Below the pieces are notes generated by a model. It did no database searches and was not told the DNA's origin. It saw nothing but the letters and a program-made list of their open reading frames with translations. Source: Nitrospiraceae bacterium (GTDB lineage: Bacteria; Nitrospirota; Nitrospiria; Nitrospirales; Nitrospiraceae). Taken from it: 64,000 nucleotides of DNA. The stretch covers positions 96,001-160,000 of the forward strand of contig JBFWWG010000001.1 in the NCBI GenBank assembly GCA_050246315.1. The letters run 5' to 3'. The translations under genes were made by a program, and so were the position numbers. Of the stretch, positions 20,995 to 31,230 are shown in pieces; within the stretch, counting starts at the first letter, position 1, and every line of letters begins with the position of its first letter.

Positions 20995-21303
20995 ATGAAA
21001 AACCGGTCAAGGTACTTGCTGCTCTCTCTCATCGTCGCCTGTCAGGGCTGTGGGGAGGGCGCGAAGCTGTTGCAGACGAGCGAGCAGGGAGGCGTCGCGG
21101 TCTACCCCTTCAGGCCGGAAACCGGAGCGATGACCTCGTCCCTTCGGCGAGACGCCCTTCGGCTCATCGAGGAGCATTGTGGCCGTCACTACACCATCGT
21201 CCGTGAGGGAGAGACCAAAGGCCGCAGCCGGATCCACGATGTACAGGGGGCGCAGGAGGTGATCCAGGAACGGCGGTGGGGGATTCAGTTCGAGTGTCGA
21301 TGA
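20995..21303 (+). CDS. Small lipoprotein, unknown function
   Basis: MKNRSRYLLLSLIVACQGC lipobox-like start; the upstream part of the track ORF overlaps the rhodanese gene. Confidence 0.65.
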   Translation: MKNRSRYLLLSLIVACQGCGEGAKLLQTSEQGGVAVYPFRPETGAMTSSLRRDALRLIEEHCGRHYTIVREGETKGRSRIHDVQGAQEVIQERRWGIQFECR

Positions 21304-21312
21304 TGCAAACGG

Positions 21313-21897
21313 TCAGCGAGCGCCGTCCGGTCCAAGCCGAGCTTGGAAGTCGTCGATCGTCAGCAGACTCAACAGCTTAAGCCCTTCTCGCTCTACGCGA
21401 GCCCGACCGTCCTGTTCTTTCCGATCCACGATCACCAGAGCATGCTCGACTTTCAATCCGGCGTCTCGTGCCGCCGCCACCGCTTTCAGCAGAGAGCCAC
21501 CGCTGGTCAACACATCGTCCACAATCATCGCCCGGTCGCCCGGACGGACGCCGCCTTCGATCAACTTTCCCAGTCCGTGGTCCTTGGCCTGCTTTCTCAC
21601 TACAAAGGTCTGCCAAGCCCGCCGGGGTGACATCGCGTACGCGTAGTCTGAAATCGTGGTCGCGATAGAAATCGCTCCGATCTCCAATCCGCCAACACAG
21701 TCGATGTGCAACTCTTTCAACTGCTCCCAGGCGGCCTGCGCGACAATCCGTCGGGGTCCGGGATAGGCCATGAGCATGCGGCAGTCCACATAGAAGGGGC
21801 TCGTCAGGCCGGAAGCCAACTTGAATCCCTTGTCGGGATCGTACCGGAACGACTGGGTTTCCAGAAACGCCGCGACCAACTCGGTCCTCATGGTCAC
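21313..21897 (-). CDS. pyrE: Orotate phosphoribosyltransferase
   Basis: FKLASGLTSPFYVDCR, VRKQAKDHG, PRPP motif MIVDDVLTSGGS. Confidence 0.95.
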   Translation of the reverse strand: MTMRTELVAAFLETQSFRYDPDKGFKLASGLTSPFYVDCRMLMAYPGPRRIVAQAAWEQLKELHIDCVGGLEIGAISIATTISDYAYAMSPRRAWQTFVVRKQAKDHGLGKLIEGGVRPGDRAMIVDDVLTSGGSLLKAVAAARDAGLKVEHALVIVDRKEQDGRARVEREGLKLLSLLTIDDFQARLGPDGAR

Positions 21898-22113
21898 ACC
21901 CCGACCCGCTCGCCCACATTATGCATGAACGCTTCTACGGCAGCCACCGTGCGACCCATTGCAGAACGGAGCACCGGGTGAACCGTCTCGAACCGTCATG
22001 ATGAATAGGGGCTGAATGGTCGGCCTGAAGCACCTGCTAATGTCTCCTGACCTATCGCGCCGCGGCCTGTCGGTTTCTCGGATTCACGGGAGGCGCTGGC
22101 TCGAACGAAGCGG

Positions 22114-22320
22114 TCAGTAGGAACCTGTCCTGCCGGGTGAGGAGGTGCCGCGAGACGGACGTTGGGAACGGCCGGTTTGTGCCTCGCGAGACGAGTCCTT
22201 GTCTTCCGCTTGCTTAACCTGCTCTTCATCCGTCATGTATCGATCCGGCTCTACGCAACCCTGAAGGCAACCGCACAGCACCAGAAGACCCATTGCAAGC
22301 CCAAGACGCATAGGAACCAT
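22114..22320 (-). CDS. Small putative lipoprotein
   Basis: Hydrophobic N-terminus ending LQGC, then a charged tail. Confidence 0.4.
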   Translation of the reverse strand: MVPMRLGLAMGLLVLCGCLQGCVEPDRYMTDEEQVKQAEDKDSSREAQTGRSQRPSRGTSSPGRTGSY

Positions 22321-22439
22321 CCTTTACCTTTTTCTGTCGGATGAGCCGACGCCTTCACTCTACTACAGGGAGCCAGGCCCGAGAAAGCTCAGATTTTGCT
22401 ACAAATGAGGCGCAAATTGGTCGGACCCGAGCGGACCAG

Positions 22440-22952
22440 TCAGGAAAACCTGTTCACCTGTTCCGCCAGCGTCTTCGAGACCAGCCCCAGATCGAACGGC
22501 CAGGCGTACCGCAGGGTGATCCCGGGATGTTTACTCCTGAGCGTCGCGAGGGTTTCCGGAATCTCGGTTTCCGAATGGGAACCGCCCGGCGTGAACATCG
22601 TGGTGATCACGGTGACCTCTGCAGCTCCCTGTCGGACCAACTCCTCTACCGCAGCTTCCAACGTGGGAGCGCAATATTCGTTATAGGCTATCGTCAACAA
22701 CCGCCCATCCAGCCGTTCACGCAGATGCGAGGCCACGGCCTCCAACCCCATACGATAGGGATCGTTCTGTGGAGTTCGAGGCCATTGCCGGATCGTAGCA
22801 TCCAATTCGATTTCCTCCTGGCTAGGAGGCATCTTGGCGGCCCGCCGCTGTGTCTCCAACCGCTTGAGCCGCATGACCAGTTCTTGCGGGCAATCCTTGG
22901 GAATGCCTCCATGTCCGACGAGCACAACTCCACGTTGAATGGCTCCCACCAC
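22440..22952 (-). CDS. CbiX/SirB-type sirohydrochlorin chelatase (single domain)
   Basis: VVLVGHG, AYNEYCAPTL, MFTPGGSHSETEIP. Confidence 0.85.
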   Translation of the reverse strand: MVGAIQRGVVLVGHGGIPKDCPQELVMRLKRLETQRRAAKMPPSQEEIELDATIRQWPRTPQNDPYRMGLEAVASHLRERLDGRLLTIAYNEYCAPTLEAAVEELVRQGAAEVTVITTMFTPGGSHSETEIPETLATLRSKHPGITLRYAWPFDLGLVSKTLAEQVNRFS

Positions 22953-22980
22953 GCTTCTCCTTTCATATTGCCGACTGCGG

Positions 22981-23934
22981 CTAGACGTGATTCCTCAAGA
23001 TCAGTTCCTTGGGATGCGGATTCAGGTAGATCTGATCTCGGACGCAGGACACCTCCAATCGGACCGCGTAATGTTTGACCAGTGTCATCGCCATGACCAA
23101 TGGGACCAAACCGCGATGATAGTCGTCGATGACCCCGAGCAATTCCGCCTTTTCAGCCTGATTGAGATGGACCATGAAATGTCCGATCAGGTGATGCAAC
23201 ACCTTGACATGCTTGCGGACCGTCGCTTTGATGACCAGAGCCTCCATGAACAACGTTCCATATCGCAGAGCCAACTCTTTCGGCCGAGAGCGGTCGGTCT
23301 GCGCGACGATCTGGCCCAAACTCCGATAGTGAGTCGCGCTGTGCACCAGAAGGAGGTACTTGTGGATCCTGTGAAAGCTCACCAGCGCACACCGCGTGAC
23401 CCCGGCTGACAGCAGGCTCCGCCACCGGTCGTAGGCGAACACCCGCTCAATGAAGTTCTCGCGGATCGCTGGATCGCAGAGTCGTCCTTCCTCTTCGATC
23501 GGCATGAGTGGGAACTGCTCCTGGATGGCACGGGCAAAGATACCCACGCCGGCCCGTCCCGGCATCCCGTGCTTGTCGTACAGACGGACCCGCTCAATCC
23601 CGCAGCTCGGCGAGTCCTTCTTGAACACATAACCGCAGAGGTCCTCCCCTTTCAGCTCACGAACTCGCCGTTGCGAGAACTTGTCGAGCGGCCTGGTCAG
23701 ATCCCGGTTCGTTCGAATCGTGATCAACCGTGGCTGCTCCGGCTTGCCCACCAGGCGCATCGCCTCACGAGGGATGCCCAGCCCCGCTTCCACCTCGGGA
23801 CAGACCGCTACCCATTCGACATGGCGTCCCAGCACCTCGACCAGAAAGGGGTCCCGCTTGTGCCGGCCATCGAACCGGACCTGCTCGCCGAGCAAACAGC
23901 GGCTGATGCCGAGCCTGATAGGCTTGGCGTTCAT
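22981..23934 (-). CDS. YbgA-family (DUF523 + DUF1722) protein
   Basis: GISRCLLGEQVRFDG, VCPEVEAGLGIPRE, KKDSPSCG, YLNPHPKELILRNHV; start at ATG 23934. Confidence 0.9.
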   Translation of the reverse strand: MNAKPIRLGISRCLLGEQVRFDGRHKRDPFLVEVLGRHVEWVAVCPEVEAGLGIPREAMRLVGKPEQPRLITIRTNRDLTRPLDKFSQRRVRELKGEDLCGYVFKKDSPSCGIERVRLYDKHGMPGRAGVGIFARAIQEQFPLMPIEEEGRLCDPAIRENFIERVFAYDRWRSLLSAGVTRCALVSFHRIHKYLLLVHSATHYRSLGQIVAQTDRSRPKELALRYGTLFMEALVIKATVRKHVKVLHHLIGHFMVHLNQAEKAELLGVIDDYHRGLVPLVMAMTLVKHYAVRLEVSCVRDQIYLNPHPKELILRNHV

Positions 23935-24869
23935 ATCCGGGCACCGACAGTCGGAGCACCTGCGAAGATCGATCGAAGGGCCGAGTCCAAACGTGGGAAC
24001 TGAAATCGATATCCACCCTCGAGCGCGACTCTCGGGGTCACATGCTGGCCGGTGGTCATGACGGAAGCCAGTTCTCCAAAGACAAGACGTAACGCCAGCG
24101 TCGGCACAGGCAACCATGAGGGCCGTTTCATGGTCTTCCCGAGCGTGTCACAGAATTCCTTCATGGTGACGGGAACGGGCGCCACCGCATTGACTGGTCC
24201 GCTGACGGTCTCATTCGCAATCGCCCATGTCATCAGGCCGACCAGATCGACCCGGTGAATCCACGAGACCCACTGGGTTCCCGGCGCAATCGGCCCACCC
24301 ACGAACGCCCAAAAAGGCGGCCGCATCTTCGCCAGCGCCCCACCGTCTCGCTCCAGTACCATCCCGATTCGAAGACAGACGACCCGAACGCCTGCGGATC
24401 GAGCCGCGAACGCCCCCTGTTCCCACTCTATGCAGAGGCGAGCCAAGAAATCCGCGCCGGGTCCATCCCGTTCATCAAACAACCCATCCTGACTCGCGCC
24501 GTAGTACCCCACGCCGGATGCGCTGATTAGCACAGGCGGCTTGGTCGCGAGGCGAAAGATCGCTTGGACCAAGCAGCCTGTGGCATTCACACGACTGTCG
24601 ACGATCATCCGTTTGCGGGACGGTGTCCACCGGCCGCCGGCAATCGGATCTCCGGCGAGGTTGATGACCGCCGCGGCGGCCTCCAGTTCCCGTTCCCAAG
24701 GGCCGGATGTCACGGCATCCCATTCCACGACCGTGATCGATGGATCCAGCACCGCCCTCGCCTGAGGAGGATTCCGCGATAAGACCGAAACGGTCAGGCC
24801 CCGACGGCTGAGCGACCGACACAAGGCTCGCCCAATGAAGCCTGCCCCGCCGCTGACCACGACTCTCAT
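23931..24869 (-). CDS. TIGR01777/YfcH-family NAD-dependent epimerase-like protein
   Basis: VVSGGAGFIG, VINLAG, SASGVGYYG, SWIHRVDLV, GPVNAVAP. Confidence 0.9.
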   Translation of the reverse strand: MRVVVSGGAGFIGRALCRSLSRRGLTVSVLSRNPPQARAVLDPSITVVEWDAVTSGPWERELEAAAAVINLAGDPIAGGRWTPSRKRMIVDSRVNATGCLVQAIFRLATKPPVLISASGVGYYGASQDGLFDERDGPGADFLARLCIEWEQGAFAARSAGVRVVCLRIGMVLERDGGALAKMRPPFWAFVGGPIAPGTQWVSWIHRVDLVGLMTWAIANETVSGPVNAVAPVPVTMKEFCDTLGKTMKRPSWLPVPTLALRLVFGELASVMTTGQHVTPRVALEGGYRFQFPRLDSALRSIFAGAPTVGARI

Positions 24870-25268
24870 GGGCCTGCTCCTTTCGTAGATACCCACGCCC
24901 TCCCTGGCGGGGGCCTCTCGCTAAAGTAGAGAAGCCAATGGATCGCCGCTCCCGCCCTTCGGCGCTCGTCTCTTGAGCGCACTCCCGTTGACGCAAGCGA
25001 TGAATTCTACTCTTAGGGAAAGCGATGGAGCAAAAGGAGAAGGCGCTTCGGGAAATGGTGGGGCTTGCTTGTAGAACCCACGTCCTCGGCGCAGGACAGA
25101 GAACGCCCGCTCTCGCAACTCCGAGATAGACCCTTCCGGGCACCGCGGGCGGTACCCTTCCAGAATTCGCTCCGTCACGGTCATGCAACGTGGAACCTCG
25201 GCCGGCTCCACCCCCTGCCGTGCCCGCCAGGAAACCCCACGGACGAAGAACCATCCTGTCTTCATGAG

Positions 25269-25396
25269 CAGATCCGTCCGTCCTGAACTCTTCGACTCCG
25301 CTCAGAACCGACCCGTCGAAACCTGCGGGAAGCCCGTCGAATTGCCTGCGGTGAGGTCGTCGAACCGGACCAAGGGAGGGTTTGAAATGACTTCTA
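25269..25396. repeat. Partial copy of the MITE/REP-like element at 30149-30307
   Basis: Ends GGAGGGTTTGAAATGACTTCTA; shares CAGATCCGT..GTCGAA..GCGGTGAG..AACCGGA with the reverse complement of the left arm of the 30149 element. Confidence 0.7.
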
Positions 25397-26821
25397 GCGC
25401 AGCGTGACAGCCGAGACCGGGTACCATCGATCGACCCGACGGCCCGCAATGGCCAGATCCACCAGCGGGGCTCGACCTGTTTCATCAAGCACCGCGACCT
25501 CAATCTGATACCTCCCAGCCGGGAGCTGTTCAGGAAGGGTCGTCGCATCCTCGACTTGGTATCGTTCGCCTGGTAGCCATCGCCTGAGATCCGCCTTGCT
25601 TGTCCATTGCGCCACGACCTGCTCCGACTCGTTTCTCAGCCGGTAGGCAAGCGGCCAGGGCCGATAAACGGGAGCCACGCCGACATTCTCCCATCGGGAT
25701 TGCAGCTCGAAAGGACTACCGGCTCCGGCCTCCGCTTGATGGCTGAACTCACGCAACACCAGTCGATAGCCCATCTTCTTGAGAAACTGCTCGACCTTGG
25801 AGCGCCAGACCTTCGGCACGGGAGCCGATTTGGCGTTCAGGACCGACACGTGCCAGTCCAACCCTTGCTGCAAGATGCGATCGATGTCGAAGCCCTTGTC
25901 GTACCAGTCCTGCATCACGCCGCAGACCTCGAACTGCACCGGCCCTCGTTTCCAGGCGTCGCCGATCACGGAATCTCGCAGGACCGGCGCATAGGCATGC
26001 TCCATATGATTCCAGGTGGGAGTGAAATAGCCGTAGTCTCCGAAACAGTCTCCGCGCCAGCCGGCTCCGCGCTCGGCGCCGTATTTGAGCAGGCCGCTGT
26101 GTAGGCTGACGAGCGGCACCTGCGGGAAATAGTGGATGTACCAGTCCGTGATCCTGATCTGATTCGCCTCGCTCGGGAAGAACGTCTGACATTGAGGGAG
26201 GTGCTCCGGCAGGCAGCAGGCCGTATTCCATTCCCCCCAGCACCCGACCGACCCGATATCCACATGGTCGATGTCCGGCGAAGCGCCATACCGCTCGCCG
26301 AAGGCCTTGATGAGCTTTTCGTGGTACTCGAGGAAGAGAGGATTGTTGTAATCCGGAAAAATCCCGTCGGTTTCCTTGATGCTCGCGACGCCCTTCTCCA
26401 ACAACCAGCGGGGCGACCCTTGCTCGTATTCCGCCACGATGCGGAAAGCGAGCCGTTCGCCCTTGGCCTTGGCCTGTTCGATGATCCGGTCGACGAACTC
26501 GAACGCGTACTGCCCCTCGGCCGGCTCAAGATCGGCCCAGGACCAGCGAAAGTAGGCCACAGTCGAGCGCGGATATTGATCGGTCGTTGGTGGGTGGCCG
26601 AATCCGAAATGAAAATCGGCAAAGCCCATGCCAGGGTTGTATAGAACCTCATCGATCTCGACCGGCCGCACCGCAACCCACGGGACCGGCTCCCGGGATG
26701 GAGGACCACCCAGTGACTCGCCATCCTCCGCGCCGCCGAAACCCGGCATCTGAAAGACGCCGCTCCACAGCAAAAACCAGAGAATGATCGGCCAGCGCCG
26801 AGTTCGCCCGCTCGCGTTCAT
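25394..26821 (-). CDS. Exported glycoside-hydrolase-like protein with DUF4832-type C-terminus
   Basis: Signal peptide; NPGMGF, YFRWSWADLEPAEGQY, IGSVGCWGEWN, KMGYRL, WENVGVAPVY. Confidence 0.75.
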   Translation of the reverse strand: MNASGRTRRWPIILWFLLWSGVFQMPGFGGAEDGESLGGPPSREPVPWVAVRPVEIDEVLYNPGMGFADFHFGFGHPPTTDQYPRSTVAYFRWSWADLEPAEGQYAFEFVDRIIEQAKAKGERLAFRIVAEYEQGSPRWLLEKGVASIKETDGIFPDYNNPLFLEYHEKLIKAFGERYGASPDIDHVDIGSVGCWGEWNTACCLPEHLPQCQTFFPSEANQIRITDWYIHYFPQVPLVSLHSGLLKYGAERGAGWRGDCFGDYGYFTPTWNHMEHAYAPVLRDSVIGDAWKRGPVQFEVCGVMQDWYDKGFDIDRILQQGLDWHVSVLNAKSAPVPKVWRSKVEQFLKKMGYRLVLREFSHQAEAGAGSPFELQSRWENVGVAPVYRPWPLAYRLRNESEQVVAQWTSKADLRRWLPGERYQVEDATTLPEQLPAGRYQIEVAVLDETGRAPLVDLAIAGRRVDRWYPVSAVTLR

Positions 26822-26876
26822 GCGTTCATGATGAGGATCTGCTGTTGCGGCAAATACGATTAGGAATCACTGACGG

Positions 26877-27659
26877 CTAGTTCGCGCGCATTGCCGACAG
26901 GTCCTGAATCGCTCGCAGGATATCCGACACGGACAGCACGCCGATGATGGTCTGATCCGCCGTCACGGGGAGATGCCGCACTCCCGCTTCCTTCATCAAG
27001 GCCAGGGCGTCGGACAGAGACTCCGTCAGCTCAATGGTCACGACCGGCTTGCTCATGCAGGTGAGCACGGTCGTCGTGTTCGGATCGAGCCCGCGGGCCA
27101 CGGCCTTCCGGCTCAAGTCCGAGTCGGTCACGATCCCGATGTACCGTGAGCCATCGTCCACGATCAGCGATCCCACTTTCCATTTCTGCAATGCCCGGCC
27201 GGCCTCCTTGATCGTCGCACCGCTGTAGATACTCCGGACATCGCTGCACATATAGCCTTCGACCGTCACCTGCCGCAAGGCCTGCCCATCGAAGCCGGAC
27301 CGCCGAGTGACGAGAAGGCGCTTGCGGAATTCCAGCTCGGCCACGCAGCTTTCGAGCACCCGCTTACGTTGCTGGAGGCTCTCGCGCTCCCGGTCATGAG
27401 TGCCGCTTTCCTGCGCTTCCTCGGGCAGAAGGCTCCCTTCGCCGATCTTGGCATAGAGGTATGCCTCGAACTGATCGGAGGCCTGGCCGAATACCTGGCC
27501 GATCAGATCTTCGATCTGTTCATCGAACTCTTCCAGGGTGATCGTCGGCTTCTTGCGGGAGAGAAACGGCTGAAATTTTTCCAACCGCTCCCCAAACCGC
27601 TGAATATAGCGGTCCAGAAACGTCGCGCGCGTCAACCCGGTCCTTGTCTTGATTCCCAT
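26877..27659 (-). CDS. CBS-domain protein
   Basis: C-terminal tandem CBS pair (VGSLIV..GIVTDSDL; VRHLPV..GVLSVSDI). Confidence 0.85.
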   Translation of the reverse strand: MGIKTRTGLTRATFLDRYIQRFGERLEKFQPFLSRKKPTITLEEFDEQIEDLIGQVFGQASDQFEAYLYAKIGEGSLLPEEAQESGTHDRERESLQQRKRVLESCVAELEFRKRLLVTRRSGFDGQALRQVTVEGYMCSDVRSIYSGATIKEAGRALQKWKVGSLIVDDGSRYIGIVTDSDLSRKAVARGLDPNTTTVLTCMSKPVVTIELTESLSDALALMKEAGVRHLPVTADQTIIGVLSVSDILRAIQDLSAMRAN

Positions 27660-27798
27660 CGTGTGCCACTCCTCTTGTGAAGGGAGCCAGACTATCGCAA
27701 CAGCCTATCAAGGCTCAAGAGGCAGCTCCGTTCGACGGGTACGTCGGCCGGAGTCATGCTTGAAGCGCAAGGCGGAAGGATGGAGCGTAGAGGGTCGG

Positions 27799-28515
27799 CT
27801 AATGAAGCAGTTTCTCGACGGTGCCCTTGATCAGGTCGTACAGAAATTGACCCAACTCGTGGACGTCATAAAATAGATAGGTCATCTGTGTCGTCAACAC
27901 AAACAGGCCCGTGTACAACGTCGCCGGCCTCGTCCGTTCCCATCTCGCCGTCCAAGAACCGAGACGGGTCCGTATCCCGGCGTTGGTGCAACACGCATAG
28001 GTGACCGATCCACCCAATATGGCTCCTGCGACAACATCGGTCAGGTAGTGGAGGCCGAGGTATACCCTGGGAAACGAGATGACAATGACGGCATGGGCCA
28101 ACGCCAACCATCCCAGTATTCGAGAAATGAAATAGAACCCGACCGCGAATGAAAAGAAGAACGTCGCGTGGTCACTCGGGAATGCACTCCACGACGAATA
28201 ATGCCATTCTTGGAGTCCCTCGGCATGTTTCAGGTGGAGCTCCGGCGTGAACAAAGGCCTCACGCGGAGCGGCTTGTATTGTGCGAGTTGAGAAAGTGCA
28301 ACCGCCACGATGCAAGACATCAAGAGCGTCACCAGCATCGCATGACGGTTCTCGTTTCGATCTTCTCTGAACCAAGCCCACCAGAACAGGGGGAGGACGA
28401 TGTATCCTTTGGCCAGATTACTCGATGCGAGATAGACCATGATCGCATCAAACGTCCATGACCGCTGGACAAACTGGTTGAAAAACGAGGTGACCGCAAG
28501 ATGCACCGACGTCAT
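27799..28515 (-). CDS. PAP2-family membrane phosphatase (undecaprenyl-PP phosphatase-like)
   Basis: RVRP, AFPSDHA, PRVYLGLHYLTDVVAGA. Confidence 0.88.
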   Translation of the reverse strand: MTSVHLAVTSFFNQFVQRSWTFDAIMVYLASSNLAKGYIVLPLFWWAWFREDRNENRHAMLVTLLMSCIVAVALSQLAQYKPLRVRPLFTPELHLKHAEGLQEWHYSSWSAFPSDHATFFFSFAVGFYFISRILGWLALAHAVIVISFPRVYLGLHYLTDVVAGAILGGSVTYACCTNAGIRTRLGSWTARWERTRPATLYTGLFVLTTQMTYLFYDVHELGQFLYDLIKGTVEKLLH

Positions 28516-29150
28516 GTCATCAGGCCCCTTTCCGGTCGGATGATCACGATGGCATGGAGATCTTCCCTCTTCTCTCCTCATCGATCGGCGACACGGATGG
28601 CAATCTGGCGGTTGCGACTGAGAGCCAAGGAGACCGAACCGATGGGAGGCGGGATAGTATCGTATAGTATTCTAGAGCGTGTTGCACGAAAAGGAATGGG
28701 ACTTTTCCTGGAGGAAGATCGCACCCATCCAAAGCCGTGATCAGATATCAGCCTGCAGCAGCATGGTTACGGGTGAGACTTCACGGCACACTACCGACTG
28801 CTGCTTGTCCCAAAACCACTGTCGCTCGATATCAGGACCTACAGGCGTCTCTGTCCATATCCGCCGGTCGAGGAAATTTACCGAGGAGTCGTCCAAGAAG
28901 CTGGGAAAGGGAGTAGGCAAGTTTCGATCCGGTTACGTCATGACGCATCGGACCGTTCAATGGTTGAACAGGACGGGTTTATAAGGTGATTCAACCCGGT
29001 AAGATCGAGAAACAGCGCCGTCGAGGCGTGCAGTGATCAGTGGCCGCACAGTGCGGATGGTGCGGAATCGCTCATGTTCCGCGCCATGGGCTGATACACA
29101 CCGTCCACACTCACCGCGGTTCAACCGAGTCTGGACAGTCTACCCGGTCG

Positions 29151-29978
29151 TTACGACACTGGTTTCAACAGGTCCCTGACCCTGCATCTCAGATAGAGCA
29201 TCCTCGCGATCGCGCTCTCAGAATCCTTAGGGTGAAGGTCCGGTACACAAGCGTAAGCATCCTGAATGTCGTGCCAGCCTCTCTCTTGGAAGTGAATGCA
29301 CCGAAGGCCACACTGTTCGACTAGAGAACAGACCCACCCTGGAGCGGATAGCGAGATCCCATATTGCCGGTTCTGATAGTCTCCAAACCCGAACCCTGTT
29401 CGCTCATACTCGTACAGAGCCACGGTTTTACTCCAATACGGCAGGCAATACTCGTAGGCATCCTCCAGGCCTTTCATCCTGTGGTAGACATATCGGCCAT
29501 GGGTGGTGAAGACGAGCACACCATCCTTTCGCAGAGACCGTACAAGGCGGCGTAGAAACGCCGGCCAGCGCTCGGCATTCAGATGAGTGAACAATGACCC
29601 TACCCAAATGAGATCAAACTGGTGCAGCGGCAGCTCAATCTGTTCCGGCTCGTTGCGGGAGTACACTGGTTTCGCCGCAAAGGTTTCCGCACAGAACTCC
29701 ACGCCGTCCCTCAACACATCGCACGCGGTGATCTCCGCCGTGGGAAACGCAGCCTTCAGATACCGCAATACCCGGCCATGTCCACACGGAAGATCTAGAA
29801 TGTGTTGAATGTCGGAGACGGGCTTCTTTGCCGCATGAAGACATTGGTCGATCACATCAAGCGCCGAGCGCCCGACATACCAATACCAATCAGAAAATCC
29901 CCGATCGCCGGCGTACATTTCGTCATTCGGAGAGATGGTCCGAATGACGTTCTCCTCACCGATTGCCAGCCGCTGCAT
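29151..29978 (-). CDS. Class I SAM-dependent methyltransferase
   Basis: ILDLPCGHGRVLR, FDLIWVGSLFTHL, LRKDGVLVFTTHG. Confidence 0.88.
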   Translation of the reverse strand: MQRLAIGEENVIRTISPNDEMYAGDRGFSDWYWYVGRSALDVIDQCLHAAKKPVSDIQHILDLPCGHGRVLRYLKAAFPTAEITACDVLRDGVEFCAETFAAKPVYSRNEPEQIELPLHQFDLIWVGSLFTHLNAERWPAFLRRLVRSLRKDGVLVFTTHGRYVYHRMKGLEDAYEYCLPYWSKTVALYEYERTGFGFGDYQNRQYGISLSAPGWVCSLVEQCGLRCIHFQERGWHDIQDAYACVPDLHPKDSESAIARMLYLRCRVRDLLKPVS

Positions 29979-30148
29979 GAGTCACAGGCCTGCCTATTCC
30001 ATCGAACGGGATGAGGATGGGGAAGAGCAAGTTTCGGTCCGTGGACATATTTCGATGGAAATTTCGAATATTCCGCTGTTCATGACAGTGGAGCAGCAAA
30101 ATTGTCACAGTCGCACAGTGGACCCCGTGCCCATTCGCTCCACCAAGA

Positions 30149-30307
30149 CCAGAAGTCATTTCAAAACCCTCCGTTCATCCGGTTGATGCACTCACCGCGG
30201 GCTTCGACCGGCTGAGGGCGAACGGATCTGTCCTTGAAAACTGGATATTCCTCCGTTCGTGCTGAGCCTGTCGAAGCACGGTGATGGGGTTTTGAAATGA
30301 CTTCTGG
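30149..30307. mobile_element. 159-bp MITE-like element with 21-bp perfect terminal inverted repeats
   Basis: CCAGAAGTCATTTCAAAACCC (30149-30169) and GGGTTTTGAAATGACTTCTGG (30287-30307); internal REP-like CCGTTCGTGCTGAGCCTGTCGAAG. Confidence 0.75.
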
Positions 30308-30329
30308 CCCGCATGAACAACGCAGGCTC

Positions 30330-30743
30330 CTAGCGACTCCGAAGTTGCCCGGCAACGAAGGCAGCCTGCTGAGCAAGTCTGTCACAGGCCTCGTTTTCCG
30401 GATGGCCGTTGTGACCGCGCACCCATTGCCAGTCGATGTGGTGGAAGGCCGCGAGCCGATCTAATTCAGCCCACAGATCATGATTCTTTTTCCGTTTCCA
30501 ACCTAGCACCATGGTCTTGATCAGGAGCTGCGAGTCGGAATGGAGTAGAACCGTCTGGGAGGTTGGCAGGGTCTTCAAGGCTTCGATCGCCGCGGTCATT
30601 TCCATGCGATTGTTCGTGGTCTCCACCGCATGGCCTGCCCCTTCGGTCCGCTCCCCGCCGGTTTGGATGATAAAGGCCCAGCCTCCCGGGCCTGGATTCC
30701 CAAGACAACTGCCGTCGGTCCAGATGAGCACCTGAGGGTTCAT
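30330..30743 (-). CDS. rnhA: Ribonuclease HI
   Basis: WTDGSCLGNPGPGGW, TTNNRMEMTA, WVRGHNGHPENEACDRLA. Confidence 0.96.
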   Translation of the reverse strand: MNPQVLIWTDGSCLGNPGPGGWAFIIQTGGERTEGAGHAVETTNNRMEMTAAIEALKTLPTSQTVLLHSDSQLLIKTMVLGWKRKKNHDLWAELDRLAAFHHIDWQWVRGHNGHPENEACDRLAQQAAFVAGQLRSR

Positions 30744-31230
30744 GTAGCTCCGAGGACTAGCCCGCATGATTCATGACGGTTGATCGCGTTCCACCCCTTT
30801 CAGCGCAAGTCCAACGGGTACCCGGCAGTCGCCAGGCGAGACGGGTACGCGGAGCGCGGAAGGTTGCGGCCATCGACTGGTATCATCGCAGCAGCGAATC
30901 GAGGCGCTCGTTGTTCTCTTGTCGTCTTGAGCCAAGACAGCAGAAGCCTTCATGACTCATGCGGGCTAGCGCAAGAGCTGCTCGCCCTCTTCAATGGCTT
31001 TCAGCCACGGCTTGGGAAGATCGATAAAGGAGGTCAACAGCGCACCATCGGTCCCAGCGCGGACCCCACAAGTATGGGAGACACACTATAGCGCTTCTCC
31101 CAATCCGTTTTCATCCGTGACCCAGAGGCTCTCCAACCAGTCCGACACTCGCCTCGAACATCAGACCTATTGATTGGCACGCCGCGCGACCTGTAAGCTG
31201 ATTTCCCCGCTCAGACATGATGGAGGTCAG

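Noticed and set aside
24921..25265. 114-aa minus-strand ORF
   Set aside because: No motifs, atypical composition, adjacent to a repeat; probably spurious.
28582..29150. Possible gene remnant between the PAP2 and methyltransferase genes
   Set aside because: Frames are interrupted and I could not recognise any family.
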